Below the pieces are notes generated by a model, which worked only from the letters and a program-made list of their open reading frames with translations, was not told the DNA's origin and searched no databases. A stretch of 64,000 nucleotides of DNA from Chiloscyllium plagiosum (Eukaryota), in contig NC_057720.1 in assembly GCF_004010195.1 (NCBI RefSeq), forward strand, positions 17,168,603 to 17,232,602, read 5' to 3'. The first letter of the stretch is position 1, and the number at the start of each line of letters is the position of its first letter. Below are positions 46,771-60,272 of this stretch, piece by piece. Position numbers and translations under genes: made by a program.

Positions 46771-49576
46771 AAAAAGTTCATGACTGATCTGTGGCCTAAC
46801 TCTATATGCATGCCTTGGGCTCCTGTCCTTGGATAGCCCTGCATAATAAAAATTTGTCCATCTCAAACTTAAGTTTAACAATTGAATTAGTGTTGATCAT
46901 CATTTGAAGGGGAGAATTCTAAACCTCCACTACTCTTTGCATGTAGAAGTGCTTTCTAACATCTCCAACGAATGGCCTAATTCTTTGACTATGTTCCTGG
47001 TTCTAGAATCTTCAACCGGTGGAAATAATATCTTTACATGCCCTATCTTTCCCTGTTAATATCCTGAAGATCTCGATTAGATTACTCTTTAACCTTCTAA
47101 ATTCTAGTGAATAAATGCCTAAATTGTCTAATTTCTCCTGAAGTCCAGATATCATTTTGTAAACATGGTGTTGAATTCTTCCAGGGCCAAAATATTCTTC
47201 CTAAGGTGTGGTTCCCAAATCCATTCCGAGCCCTCTTAAGTGGGGTCTAACTTAAGTTTGGTCTAAGTGCAGCATAATGTCTGCATCCTTATACTCCAGC
47301 CCTTAAGATGTGAAGGCTAGCATTCCATTAGCCTTCTTGATTATTTTATGCACCTTTCATTGCATTTTAAAGAGCTATGCTCATGAGCCCAAGATCTCAT
47401 TGGACATCCAATATATTTAACTTTGTGTCTTTCTAGCTTAAATTTTACTAAAATGACAAAGTAGAATGCAACACCAAGAATGTATTCTGAACGTATAAAG
47501 TCAGCCACTTAAATATAGTTTTATAATATGGTAAATTGAATAATTATTACTTGCATGTTAAAACGCAAGTAAAGTATTAATGTGCAATAACTATCACAGG
47601 CAAATGCCCAAGTTTTAGACTAACAACCGCATTCAAAGAAGCTGTGCTCCTTAAGCTACTATGCTGAAAATGATACAGTATGGTCTTGGTCATCTGGCAG
47701 AAACTGTGTTACTGTGCTGTGTTTAGCTTTCAAAGATGTCCCAAAAGGCATCAGTCTGAAAAGCCTCCATTCATCCAGACAAGATCTGTCTTCTCAACTA
47801 ACCATTCTCAGTGCCAGTTAGATAGTATTTTAGTAAATCAGTGAATAGCATATTACGCACTGCAAATTTAAGGCAACAGCACAACCAAATTCTGTAGTGC
47901 ATTCATCCCTATCAGACACTCCCTAATATGATATTTTTGTTTACTTGATCATGAAGTTATAACCACTTAGTATTGACACCCTAAACATTTTTTCTAAGTG
48001 TGACCTTAATGTACATGATCACAAGGAGTAGAGCTGTTGTGGACACTACGATGTAGAGATGAGCTTATTGGGAAGAAATCACAAGATCATGAAATAAAAG
48101 GCTTTGTAAACATTGAGGTTATTTAAAAATGTTTATTTGCTCTGTATTTGACAGAAAGAAAAACAGCATTAAGGACCTTGTTTAAACGTCTGCCTCTCAC
48201 TCAAGGATTTCCAGTCGTTTTCTGCTATTTCCTATGCTCCATACAGATTCTGTTTGTCTATTCTACTCAGATAATGGCAACAAAATCAGAGCAAACTTTT
48301 CTTTAGAGGCCCCATAATAGACATTGTTAATGTCAAAAGGCCAAAGACAGCTGCACAAGTTTCTGTTTCCCAGGAGATGATGGTTTCATGGAAGACTGAG
48401 AATTGCCACAGCAACCAAACTATAAAAACAATTCTGAGTCAGGCCTCCAGATTCTGCTAAAGCAATTTGTATTGTATCACAAGAGCAAGACAGAAATGTT
48501 GAAAATGATCAAAGTAAACAAGGCCATTAAAATGTCATTTTGTTTCTACCTTAAAGACGACAAGTCACAACCTGGAACTGTGTTACAACAGATGAAAGCA
48601 AGTGCAACCAATTTGTAAGCTGACTGAACAGTTTCCAGTGACAAGAGTCTAGTGATAAAACCCTTGATGGATTATTCATAACAACTATTCCAAATTTACA
48701 TTAATCGACTGGCTTGGAAACATTCATAGTTATATCAAGTTTCGCTGCAACACAAGCTGTCTTCACTTCAACAGCTGTTGCATGCTGAACTACAAAAACT
48801 TATTTTCAGACAAATATTTCTTTATAAGTTATACAGAAATAAAATGTTTTAGCCATGCGGTAATGATATAAAATATCCTACATTGAAACGGTAAGGGAGA
48901 CTGATGGATGTAACAAAAATCTTAAGATGTTTTTTCCTGACAATATGTTATTACTGTTTAAAAGGTATCTAACAAATGCTGATTAAATTATACCAATTGG
49001 AACATCACAAATTAAAGTTACAAATCCATACATATCCAAACCTATTACAAAAGACTGTTTATACATAGGCATGCAGAGAAATTTACGCACTTGAAGTTTT
49101 GCTGCAGCCCGGCCAACTACAGTTTATTGTTCTTCCCTTTCAAATGTGTGACAGCATGTTTGAAAGTTCATATTTTCAAATTCACATTGTCTACTGTTTA
49201 GCCTATTTTGATAGATCCTCCAGCAGCAAGAAAACCTGTTTTTTTTATCTTCCTTCCAGTATTGCGTCTGTTCTACTTTTAATGTTTCATTTCCTCACGT
49301 TCCCCTGAGAGAACTCCTTTGCAGCCTTTTCCCTCTACCAAATGAGTCTTTCTATAGCTGCTCAGCGTTGATTTTGAGTACATGGACAGTGAGGAAAGGT
49401 ATACTCTAACAAAAGCAATGGAGTGAATTTACAGCTGATTAAAAACAGGTTTCCTTCTGCTGATAGTGTCCTATATGATTACTGAAATTTTTTTTTAAGA
49501 ATCACAGTTGGTAAAGATGGAATGGGAGAGAAGGGTGGTCATAAGTTAAACATGGAGCAGCAACAGACAAGGTGTT

Positions 49577-49902
49577 GTGGCATGGTGGCTCAGTGCTTTG
49601 CACTGCTACCTCTCAGCACCTGGGTTTGATTACACCCTTGGGTGACTGTCTGTCTTTGCACATTTTCTCAGTGTCTGCATGGGTTTCCTCCTGGTGCTCC
49701 AGTTGCCTCCCACAGTCCAAACATATTCAGGTTCAATGGATTAGCCATGCTACATTGTCCATAGTGTCCAGGGATGGGAAGACTAGGTGGATTAACCATG
49801 ATAAATGCAGGATTACAGGGATCTGGGTAGGATACTCTTTGGAGGATTGGTGTAGATTTGATGGGTTGAATGGTCTGCTTCCACACTGTAGGGATTCTAT
49901 GA
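49577..49902 (+). mobile_element. HE1-type V-SINE
   Basis: ggcatggtggctcagtg...gggtttcctcctggtgctccag...ctgcttccacactgtagggattctatga. Confidence 0.85.
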
Positions 49903-50129
49903 CTTAGCGGGAGGCTTGTTCACAGTACGTATTTAGAGAAGTGGCAGTGACAGGAAGTTCTGAAGATGCTTTATGGTCTTCCTTCAGATATTTCTAGTGT
50001 ATTTCTTGGGATGCTTCACAATAATGTTGGGTTGTGGGCCTACTTGTTTGATGCAGCAGTGCATCCTTCAATATCACCTTCCAAAACCTGTCTAAAAGGA
50101 CAAGGGTATCAGGTCCATGGAGATATTAC

Positions 50130-50350
50130 TACAGGTGGAGGGGGTTCTCTAATTTACAAATGTCTGACTTATGAACACTCATACTTACAAATATGGTCCC
50201 ATATTTGGGGTGTATTAATATTAAAGATTTGACATATGAACATTTCCTTGTACTTACAAATTGTGTTGTCCTGCATCATGTTCCAACTTGTACAGATCAA
50301 CTTGAGAACTGACTCAAAAATGGATCCCATTTGCAACCCAGGGACTGCAT
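50130..50350. mobile_element. Tigger/pogo-like (Tc1/mariner) MITE relic
   Basis: tacagg...tttacaaatgtctgacttatgaacact...atttgcaacccagggactgc resembles Tigger-type terminal repeats after CpG decay. Confidence 0.45.
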
Positions 50351-50696
50351 TTTTCTCTCCAAACTACACACCATTCTGACTAGGACCTAAATGGCCATTC
50401 TTTTTCTATCACTGGATCAAGATACTAGAACTCTTAACAGCACTGTGGGTGTTACCTGCTTTCAAGGCTTTAGTGATTCAAAGTGGTGCCTCGTCACTTT
50501 CAAGAGTAATTAGGGAAGCATTGCCCATTCTGGTCAAAAACTTTTAAAAACACTAAATATGTAGTACATGAATATGTCAAAAGACTTCTCTTCAGGTTCT
50601 TCAAGATTATCCCTTCATTTACTATATTTTCTTGCTATTCAATGGCCACTTCAGCAACTGGTCCATTTCACTTGCTGCAAAAATTGTGCTTTTTAT

Positions 50697-51013
50697 ATTA
50701 GATTAGATTCCCTACAGTGTGGAAACAGGCCCTTTGGCCCAACCAGTCCACACAAACCCTCTGAAGAGTAACCCACCCAGACCCATTTCCCTCTGACAAA
50801 TGCACCTAACACTATGGGCAATTTAGCACGGCCAATTCACCTGACCTGCACATCTTTGGACTGTGGGAGGAAACCAGAGCACCCGGAGGAAACCAACGCA
50901 GACACGGGGAGAATGTGCAAACTCCACACAGACAGTCGCCCAAGGCTGGAATCGAACCTGGGTCCCTGGCGCTGTGAGGCAACAGTGCTAACCACTGAGC
51001 CACTGTGCCACCC
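50697..51013 (-). mobile_element. HE1-type V-SINE
   Basis: gattagattccctacagtgtggaaacaggccc...ccctggcgctgtgaggcaacagtgctaaccactgagccactgtgccaccc. Confidence 0.92.
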
Positions 51014-52229
51014 ATATAACACTCATTTTGGGTTTTTATTGTTCCATACACTATTTCAGCGACTGTTTATCTGAGCTTAACATTGAAATTGACAGCTGGT
51101 GAGCTCTTAATGGTTGATGATTGCTGTCTCAAAACTATTGGATGGCAAGAATTTTGTGATCACTAATCTTTTAAAACTTATATTACTTGCACAAACTTTG
51201 GATGCAAAAAAGTCTTCTCAAACAAATTTGGAATTTCTGATCAAGTAGCAAATGCAAACCTTGGGTACTTCAAACACTACAGTATGAATTCACCAAAGGC
51301 AATGATAGGAAGTTCTGAATGTGCTTTGTAGATTTGTAATTTTATTAGTTATGTAATTTTAGTAAAGTTTTAGGCAGAGTTCCTTGCAATCCTGAGAATA
51401 CACTATTGACATTCCTCATTTCCTTTGCAACCACAATGCTTAAGCGTATTCTATGTTCAAATCCGTGCATAAAGGGGAAAGTATACTTCTGGCCTGATTA
51501 AAAAAAAAAATCACTAATATCTCTCAAAAAATATTAAAGTACAGGTCTTTTTTTCCCCCCACAGAGTATCATGAAAAATGTGATCTAAATTTCACTATTT
51601 TGAAAGCTTCAAAAGGGCTCTTATTACTACAGAGATTTTCAAGTACTTCCTCCCGAAATGGTCCAGTGATGTCAATTATCATCCTTCCAATGTGGAGGTT
51701 GTCAACTCTGATTAAACATATAACAGGAGGTTTAATCACATAACTGCCTAAGTATAACCCAAGTTATAGCACACGCTCAACTTCATGGTGAATGACCTTA
51801 CCACAGCATTTCCCCAGCCTCCCACCTCAGATATTTTCATTAAAAACTAAGGTTAATTTAAAAGGAAGCCAAACCAGAACTTTATGCTGTCCATAAACTA
51901 TTTAATCATTTAGCTTGTGACCTTCAACAGTTTTTCTGCAAGTCAATTGCTCACCTTTGTTTTAAAACTTCCTGAATTGTTATGGATTTTAATGGAATTC
52001 TTGTTGTTATAAATCATTTACTCTAATGTTTCATCATGATATAGATGAACCACAATCACAGTTTAAGTAAACTATGCTTATTTTGGAGCTTCAGCTCACA
52101 AACATTTCTGCAAGCATTGCCACTTATCAGAAACAAAACAAACCCTCAAATTTGATGTGGTCACTTATAATTTTAATGATTTTATGATTGTTAAATTCTG
52201 TCATCAGCATTTATAGCTATAGAAATATA

Positions 52230-52749
52230 GGGTAGAATTTAATGCCCATTTAATGGCTTCAACCCATCATAGCTGGTATTAAACAGTGCTGAGCAGTGTA
52301 TGTGAAACAGTGAGCATCAGCAGGCTCTTGTGAGTTGGAAGGGGGAACAGGATGATTTCCTTTTAAAAGCACACTGCTTGATCAATAACATTTTAATTGG
52401 TGGTGGTGGTTGTGTGGAGGAGAATAGATTAAGGCTACCCACTGCCCACATCCTGGATACTCTGTCAATCACATCTACCCTCCCCCTTAACATCCATTAA
52501 TCCCAGGTCTCTGCTACATACAGTGTTGGCTGACAGATGCAAGTGCTGACATCAGTGCAGATGACCAGAAGCTTAGAGAGGCTGAAATTTCTGCCCCTAT
52601 AGTCCTTACTCCAGGAGGAAGCTCTGATACTGACCACTTAAGTGTCTGAGGGCCGCTTAATACCAACAGGCCTGGAATGAAGGTGCCATTAGTTTCTCAG
52701 TCATTTAGCTGGCAGGCAAGACTCCTACTGCAAACATTAATTTTAACCC
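52230..52749. mobile_element. possible PIF/Harbinger-type MITE relic(s)
   Basis: Terminal-inverted-repeat-like gggtagaattt (52230) with aaatttctgccc (about 52585-52596) or attttaaccc (52740-52749); interior GC-richer than flanks. Confidence 0.3.
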
Positions 52750-53852
52750 ACTGTTATTTCCTTTCTTACAAAACCCAATGAAGGTACAAGACAGCATAGT
52801 GCTTATTTTTGATCGTCAAATTCAAATTTCACTAAGAGCTTCGGAACAGAAAATGTTGGCAATTCAAAAAGAAAATTTCCAAAATGTGTGATCACATTTA
52901 GGAAGTTGCAGGTATATAGCCTTTTATCTTTCATGGTCTTCCTGAATTTCTGTGGAAGTGCACATCTGTGATTAGATACCCTGAAAACACCAGATCATAA
53001 AACCACTGCTATAACTGGTTTTAGCAATTATTAGAAACAATAAAATTAACAGATTTCCCAACCCATTTTTTTCTATTTTCCATATCAAATGCACACAATT
53101 CAAAATTAATTATACTTGATCACAAATGGCATATTTGACTATGTGAATCTAATTCAGATCAAGGATCTCTGTTATTTCTAACTATTGCCAAATATTGGGA
53201 AAAACAGTTAACCAATTCTCTCTCCTACCCCTCCTCAGGAACAGAAAATATTGCAACATTTGGCTCCACAATGCTTTTTATTTGTATGCACAGAATCAAG
53301 TGAGCAAGATATGCAAGAGTTATTTTCCTTACACAGCTGTACATATTTCCAAAACATTTGACATTTAATGAAAGTTAGCAGGGAAAATAATGTCCCCTTT
53401 TGCATGTCAAGTACAAATTTCAATTGTGGAGAAACGGATTGTCATTAAAACTGGAATTCCCAAAGGTGTTATTTACATCCAAAAATTTGTTTAAAAATTA
53501 TTCATTGATTCTAATGTAGAATTTCAAGTAGGATAACTAAAATTTAGAAATACTGAAATGTAGTACTGGAAGTAATATAAAAATACAAACAAATCTTTCA
53601 ATCATATTACAACAGAAGATGTTCTTATGGTTCACACCTTTACCTTAAATTTCATACCAATATACAACACATCTACCAGGTTGCATTGTCTGAAAATTGG
53701 AAATTTGGAAACACTCAAATTTATCCCATAGTGTATAATTTCCTGTTGAATTACAAAAATAGTTTTAAACTATTCTATCAACGGTAATCAACCTGGGATA
53801 CTGGGCAGTATTTAATGGAGTAGTTTAGTGACAATTTTTAAAAAAATTCATA

Positions 53853-54192
53853 GGGGTGGCACAGTGGCTAGCACTGCTGCCTCACAGCGCCAAGGATCTG
53901 GGTTTGAATCCACCTGTGGGGGACTCTGAGTGAAGTCTGCACATTCTCCCAATGACTGCGTGGATTTCCTCCAGGTGCTCCAGTTTCCTCCCACAGTCCA
54001 AAAATGTGCAGGTTAGATAGATTTGTCATGCTGAAATTGCCCAGTGCCCAAGGATGTATTGTCTATGTGAATTAGCCAGTAAATGCAGAGTGATAGGGTA
54101 GGAGGGGTGGGTCTGAGTGGGATGCTCTGCAGAGGGTCAGTGTGAACTCGATGGGCTGAATGGCTTGCTTCCACACTGTCGAGAGTCTGTGA
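53853..54192 (+). mobile_element. HE1-type V-SINE
   Basis: ggggtggcacagtggctagcactgctgcctcacagcgcc...gcttccacactgt. Confidence 0.87.
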
Positions 54193-54201
54193 TCTTCTAT
54201 T

Positions 54202-54206
<5 letters not shown>

Positions 54207-54245
<39 letters not shown>
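54207..54245. repeat. (GT)n microsatellite
   Basis: About 19 GT units. Confidence 0.95.
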
Positions 54246-54248
<3 letters not shown>

Positions 54249-54349
54249 GGGAGAGACACAGTGAAAGACACAAAGTGCACGAATCTTTATTCAAATTCCA
54301 CCACCAGGAAGATAGGAAAACACCCGGGTGGCCAGTGACAAACGATCAT

Positions 54350-54660
54350 TCACTGGATGTGAACATCATTAGCTAGGCCAGCTTTTATTACCCAGGGGGC
54401 AGTTGAAAGTCCACCAGATTGTTGTGGGTCTGAAGTCACACGTGGCTAGACCAGATAAGGATGGCAGTTTGCTTCCCTACAGAACGTTAGTGAACCGGAT
54501 GGGTTTTTCCAACAATCAGCAACTGTTTCATGGTCATCATTAGACTCTTAATCCTAGATTTTGTTTTAAGTTGAATTTAAATTCCACCATCGGGATTTGA
54601 ACTCAGATACCCAGAACATTTTCTGAATTTTTGGATTAATTTTTGGATAATACCACTGCC
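54350..54660 (-). mobile_element. tRNA-derived SINE sharing its 3' tail with the second CR1-like family
   Basis: gggtctgaagtcacacgtggctagaccagataagg...gttagtgaaccggatggg...gggatttgaactcag. Related copies at about 33570-33840 (+) and 57210-57310 (-). Confidence 0.55.
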
Positions 54661-56865
54661 AGGAACGGCTGCATTGCACACTTTTCACTGTACCCCTGGA
54701 CTGGAGTATACGTGACAATAAAACCTAAATCTAATGCTATTGCAAATCTCCTCATCCTGGAGGAATATCAATGGAATCAAGAGTACATCAAGTGGGCATT
54801 ATTTGTTCACTTATGGAGTTCAGTTAAATTCTGGTGAGAAGGCTGTGGGCATTTCTGACCAGACTTAGACCATAGGAAATAGGAACAGGAGTAGCCGTTC
54901 AACTCCTCCAGTCTGTTCTGCCATTCAATAGGATCTGACATTCTTCACGTTTACTTTCCTGCTCTTTCCCTGAACAATGTGGTGAGATCCACTCGATTAA
55001 ATGGCCCAGCAACTAAACCTGCACTAGGGCAAGATATTAAATTTCCCGAAGTGAACCCAATTTTACTTCTTCACAGATGTTGCCTGGTATGCTTAGCATT
55101 TCCAGTGCTTCCTAGAAATTGCAGCACTTATTTTGTGTCATTACTGATTCTGGATTGTAAGGTATATACTACTCAACTTAAATGATGTCATCAAACCTAT
55201 TCATGATGGGAGCAATGCCACACCAAGTTGAGTTGTGTACATCTGTGTAGCTTTGAACAGTAATGCTAAACTGGGACATGAAAACATTTCCAGAGAGAGC
55301 ACCTCAGCCTTTTATAATTGGAACTGATTTTTCACTATAAATTATTAACTAAGGGTTAATGTAATAAATATTTCAAAATGAATTAAAACTGATTAATTCA
55401 AACTATGTGATACAAAACATCTTAGATAATCACAATTTAAGATATTTGTACTCCCAAAACCTTTCAGCTATGAAACATTTGCTAACCTCTACGTAGTTTC
55501 AAGGGGGGAGGTTAAAAAGTTTCAGGAAATGTATTTTTAAATGTTACCATAAATTTAAATTGTCACCTTTATCAGGCTGATGCATTTACTGATCTACTCA
55601 GAGTAGACCAACCCACAGAAACAAACTCAGTGAATTACAAGACCTATGGTATAAGCTGACAGCGGTTTATCAACTGCTTTTTCTTGGCTTATATTAACAA
55701 AGGAAGAAACAAACATCAATGATTTTCATGTAGGAAATAAAAGAATGGAAAGGAATCTGTCAGCACAACTAGTTCAAAGAAAGGAATTATATTTGGAATA
55801 GATCCACGAACGTCAGAATTCTTGTATTAAATCCTGTGCCACATAGTGAAAAAAATAAGGCACTTACTATACTCGGGACATCAAGAATTCTACAGCCAAA
55901 AGTACTTTTGAAGTGTAGGTATTCTTATAGTATAAAAGACATGCCGGCCATTTTGACCAAGGCAACAACGTAGCAATAATGTGATAATCAGTTTTTATAA
56001 TGTTGCTTGAGGGATAAATATTAACAAGGGTGTGAAGGATACACCCCTGCTCATCTTTTAAATAGTACCATGAGAATGTTTACATCCAGCACAGTTGGTA
56101 GCTACGTGGGCCCTGAATTTCACCAAGGAGACCATCTCTGCTATGGTGAAAATGTTGGAAGACACTGAGAATTGCTTTTTGCAGGGACAGGATTAGGGGT
56201 TCACTATATTTCACATGCAGAGTTTCTGGATGCAGCTAATCATATAAATGTGCAACAGCCACATTGAAAACAATTTTGGAGTCCCTGGAGTATGGAAATT
56301 TCTGGAGGTAAGAGTTGATCTGTTCAGTGTATTTATTTGGACAGCCAGTATTCCTTATTGGAAGGCTGAGGTACCCTTGCTGCTACAGTCCTGGACACAT
56401 TGAGGACAAGGGATCTCCTTTGGGGAGGCTGTCTTGTCAGAGGATGGATCAGTTATCCTTCAGGACTGTTGTTAACTGAAAAAAAAACTGTGTAAGGATG
56501 CATAAACCTCTTGGAATTGTCCAACTTTAACACTGGATCAACCAGTCAAGAACTGACAACTAGTCACCTTGTCAAGTAGTGTTCAGAAGTCTCAAAATGC
56601 ATATTATTGAATGACTGTGCTTTCCTCAGTAGGGTGTAGTCTGTAGTCTGTAAGGTGAACAATTAGGTGATCGGAGAAGAAATATATTTCCATGGGTTCT
56701 TGTGGTCATTTTGTTCATTCATGGGATATTAACATTAAGGCATACTATGGTATATGAAGCCCTATAGCTTCATATTATGGCTAGGGTGGCATTTATTGTA
56801 CATCAATAATGGACCTTGAAGAAATGGTGGTAATCAGCCTTCTCAAATTACTGCAACAGGCATAG

Positions 56866-57075
56866 TTAAAAATCACAACACCAGGTTATAGTACAACAGG
56901 TTTAACTGGAAGCACACTAGCTTTCGGAGCACCATTCCTTCATCAACCACCTGATGAAGGAGCAGCGCTCTGAAAGCTAGTGTGCTTCCAATTAAACCTG
57001 TTGTACTATAACCTGGTGTTGTGAGATTTTTTAACTTTGTACACCCCAGTCCAACACCAGCATCTCTAAATCATG
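56866..57075. mobile_element. fold-back Penelope-derived element, family C, with hammerhead core
   Basis: Inverted arms. TSD act(g/a)caa(c/t)aggcatag at 56850-56865 and 57076-57091. Plus-strand cac-CTGATGA(56951-56957)-a-GGAGC agc GCTCT-GAAA-GCTA-gtg. Confidence 0.82.
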
Positions 57076-58557
57076 ACTACAATAGGCATAGGTGGTCCAT
57101 AATGCTTTAAGGGAGGGAGTTCCAAATTTTGATTCAGCAAAACATTTTCAAGTCAGGATAGATGTGAGACTGAGCATCAATGAAAAAAGTGAATGTTTAA
57201 AGTGTAAAAAAGTACCAATCAAATGAACCAGATGGGTATTTACAATAATTGACAATGCTTTCATGGTCATCATTCAACTTAATGCCACCATCTGCTGTGG
57301 TGGGATTCGATCTGCACCTTATTATATGGGTATATAAAAGGTTGTAAGTGTAGCAGCCATCTGCTGACTTTGTCCTTAAAGATGGTAGAGGCTCTGGGTT
57401 GAAATGTGCTATCTGAGGAGTGTCAGGTTTGCCACATAAACTGCTGAGACATGCTGTAGGTGCGATATTACTATAGCATGGAGCCTTCTTCAATAAAACC
57501 AACCTTTTGACTGTTCATTGCTATCAAACAGAGGAATGGTGAGGAGAGAGCTACATGAAGGTGCAGAGAAGCAAATGGCAATCTATGGCCCCAAGAAACT
57601 GCTGGTTCCATCTAATTTCTTAGCAAGAAAAAAGAAGATGGCATGGGTTTAATAAAAATGAGGTGAGATTAGCCAATAATAAGGTGCAAATAAGGTGTAA
57701 AATGGTTGCACTTAGTGAGATTTTGAGTTTTCTGCTTAAACCCTGAAGTGAAAATCAGAAGTTCTTTTGCCTTCAGGAATCTAATTTTTTCATTCTCACT
57801 GTATTTTCCCAACTTTGCCCACATCGTTCAAGGCCTCAGGAAATTCCGCCATAAGTATACATAATATATTTGACAATTTTGACTATTCCTAATACAAGCG
57901 ATGCACTGTATTCAAAACCCTACTAGCCAAAATGTATCATCTTAAAAAAAAGGGGTTCTGTTGAGAAAGCAACTTTAAAGTGACCTTGGCAAATATCTAC
58001 TATATTGTACCATGCAATAGGTTTGCACCCACAACATGGTAAACAGGACTGCAGGAAGCTGAAGTCTGACCAATGACTATTTCCTCTGAAAAAATTGGTT
58101 TATATAGTTAAATAGCTGCCAACCAAAGCAAAGTACAGCAACTGGCAACTTCTGAAATGATTCTAAATACAAGTTATTTCAGACTCTACTCCAGAGCAAA
58201 CACTGACTGAATCAAGCAGTGGGTGAACGGTCTTAAAGGGTTAGCTGTGCTATGAACTGAAAGGTTCTATTTACGGTCTAGTGAATTCTGGCATTTTGAA
58301 AAACTGAGAAAGCATATGGAACCATTTGCATTTAATACGGTCACCAAATTTACTGTAAACATTGTGACTCCTTAGTGTGGCAAAATAACCCATTTTGCAC
58401 ACAGCACTCTGAAAACACTAATTGAAGATTTCTTTAATTCAAGCTGCAAATGACCAAGTCATGGATACTCAAACCATAAATTGTAAACTTTGCTGATTTC
58501 CTGTACATATTCAGGTGCAGCAGGCAGCAAATGGGATGTTGACATACAAGACTATCA

Positions 58558-59290
58558 TGTACAGCAGAGGTGGTAGAGGCAGGCACAATAGCATCATTTA
58601 TGATGTATCTAGATGGATACATGAATGGGCAGGGAGCAGATGGATACACATCCTCAGAAAATAGGTGACATGCTTAGGTAGAGGATCTGGATTGGCGCAG
58701 GCTTCGAAAGCCAAACGGCCTGTTCCTGTGCTATAATTATCTTTTGTTCTTTGAACAATTTTGTTCTCCTTATGAGGATGGATGTTTTGGCTATAGAGTG
58801 AGTGCAACAAAAGGTTTACCAGACTGATTCTTAGGATGGCAGGACTGATGTATGAAGAGAGACTGCATCAGTTAGCACTGTGTACACCGGAGTTTCAAGA
58901 AATCGGGAGGTATTGTAGAGAAACCTAACTGTGTAGCAGGACCAGACAGGGTTAATGCTGGGATGATGTTCCTGATGACTGGGGTGTCCAGAACCAGGGT
59001 CAAAAGGATGAAAGGCAAGTCATTTATGACTGAGATGAGGAGAAACTCCTTTATCCAGAAAGTGATGAGCTATAGAATTTTCTGCCACAGAACACAATTG
59101 AGGTCAACACATTGATCCCTTTGGCCCTAGGAACTATATATCTTACTACTTATTGAAACTATTCAAAGGGTATGGGGAGAAAGTAGGAGCGGGGTACTGA
59201 AAAGGATGATCAGCCATGATCATATTGAATGGCAGAGCAGGTTTGACAGGCTGAATGGCCAATACTGCACCTATCTTCTAGATTTCTATT
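58558..59290 (+). mobile_element. two CR1 LINE 3' fragments
   Basis: gaggtggtagaggcagg...ggcctgttcctgtgct; then aggtttaccagactgattc...gatcagccatgatcatattgaatggcagagcagg. Confidence 0.8.
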
Positions 59291-59324
59291 AATCACACCT
59301 CTTGTGTTGTAAAAGTTATTCACG

Positions 59325-59480
59325 GAAGACAGCTGGGATTTGTCATGCAGAGTGGTGCCAGCAGTGTGGGTTCAATTCCTGCACCAGCTGAGGTGACTAC
59401 GAAGGATTCGCCTTTGCAACTTTCTGCTTGCCTAAGGCATGGAGACCTCATGTTAAACCATTACCAGTCATGTCTCTCTC
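59325..59480 (+). mobile_element. tRNA-derived SINE fragment (distinct family)
   Basis: B-box gtgggttcaattcc followed by ...gacctcatgttaaaccattaccagtcatgtctctctc. Confidence 0.4.
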
Positions 59481-59519
59481 TGGTCCATTGAATACCTTAA
59501 CATTGAAACATTACAATTA

Positions 59520-59730
59520 TAAGACCATAAGACATAGGAGCGGAAGTAAGGCCATTCGGCCCATCGAATCCACTCCGCCATTCAATCATGGCTAATGGGC
59601 ATTTCAACTCCACTTACCCGCATTCTCCCCGTAGCCCTTAATTCCTTGTGACATCAAGAATTTATCAATTTCTGCCTTGAAGACATTTAGCGTCCCAGCC
59701 TCCACTGCACTCTGTGGCAATGAATTCCAC
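59520..59730 (-). mobile_element. CR1 LINE 3' end, young
   Basis: ORF 59604-59846 ends WNSLPQSAVEAGTLNVFKAEIDKFL..QGIKGYG; (taagacca) tail. Confidence 0.85.
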
Positions 59731-60074
59731 ATTTTTGTGGAAAATTTTGTCAATATGGAACAGGAAAATAATTTACCTCTACCGTAACAATTAGTGATAA
59801 ATAAGTGGTATTGTTCAAAATGCTTTTTGAAAAACAGAAACGTCACTGCTACTTATTCCTTCCTCATTGAAATTTCTGAAATTCAAATTAAGGTAGTAAT
59901 TAATAATAGCATAATTTATATTAATAATAACTTAATTCCACAAAAACGTTTTATACAATAATTACCAAATTTACCAACTCAATTGTTTTGTTTATTTTAA
60001 TACATTCATGAAAATTACATGTGAAGTACGGTTTTTGATTTTTTTTTACCCAGAACAATAATTTAGCTCAAAGC

Positions 60075-60272
60075 CATGATTTGAAGATGCTGGTGTTGGA
60101 CTGGGGTGCACAAAGTTAAAAAATCACACAACACCAGGTTATAGTCCAACAGGTTTAATTGGAAGTACACTAGCATCACTCCTTCCACCTGATGAAGGAG
60201 CAGTGCTCTGAATGCTAGTGTGCTTCCAGTTAAACCTGTTGGACTATAACCTGGTGTTGTGAGATTTTTAAC
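60075..60272. mobile_element. fold-back Penelope-derived element, family C
   Basis: Inverted arms caacaccaggttatagtccaacaggtttaa / ttaaacctgttggactataacctggtgttg. TSD tttagct(c/a)aaagc at 60062-60074 and 60273-60285. Hammerhead GAAA is mutated to GAAT. Confidence 0.82.
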
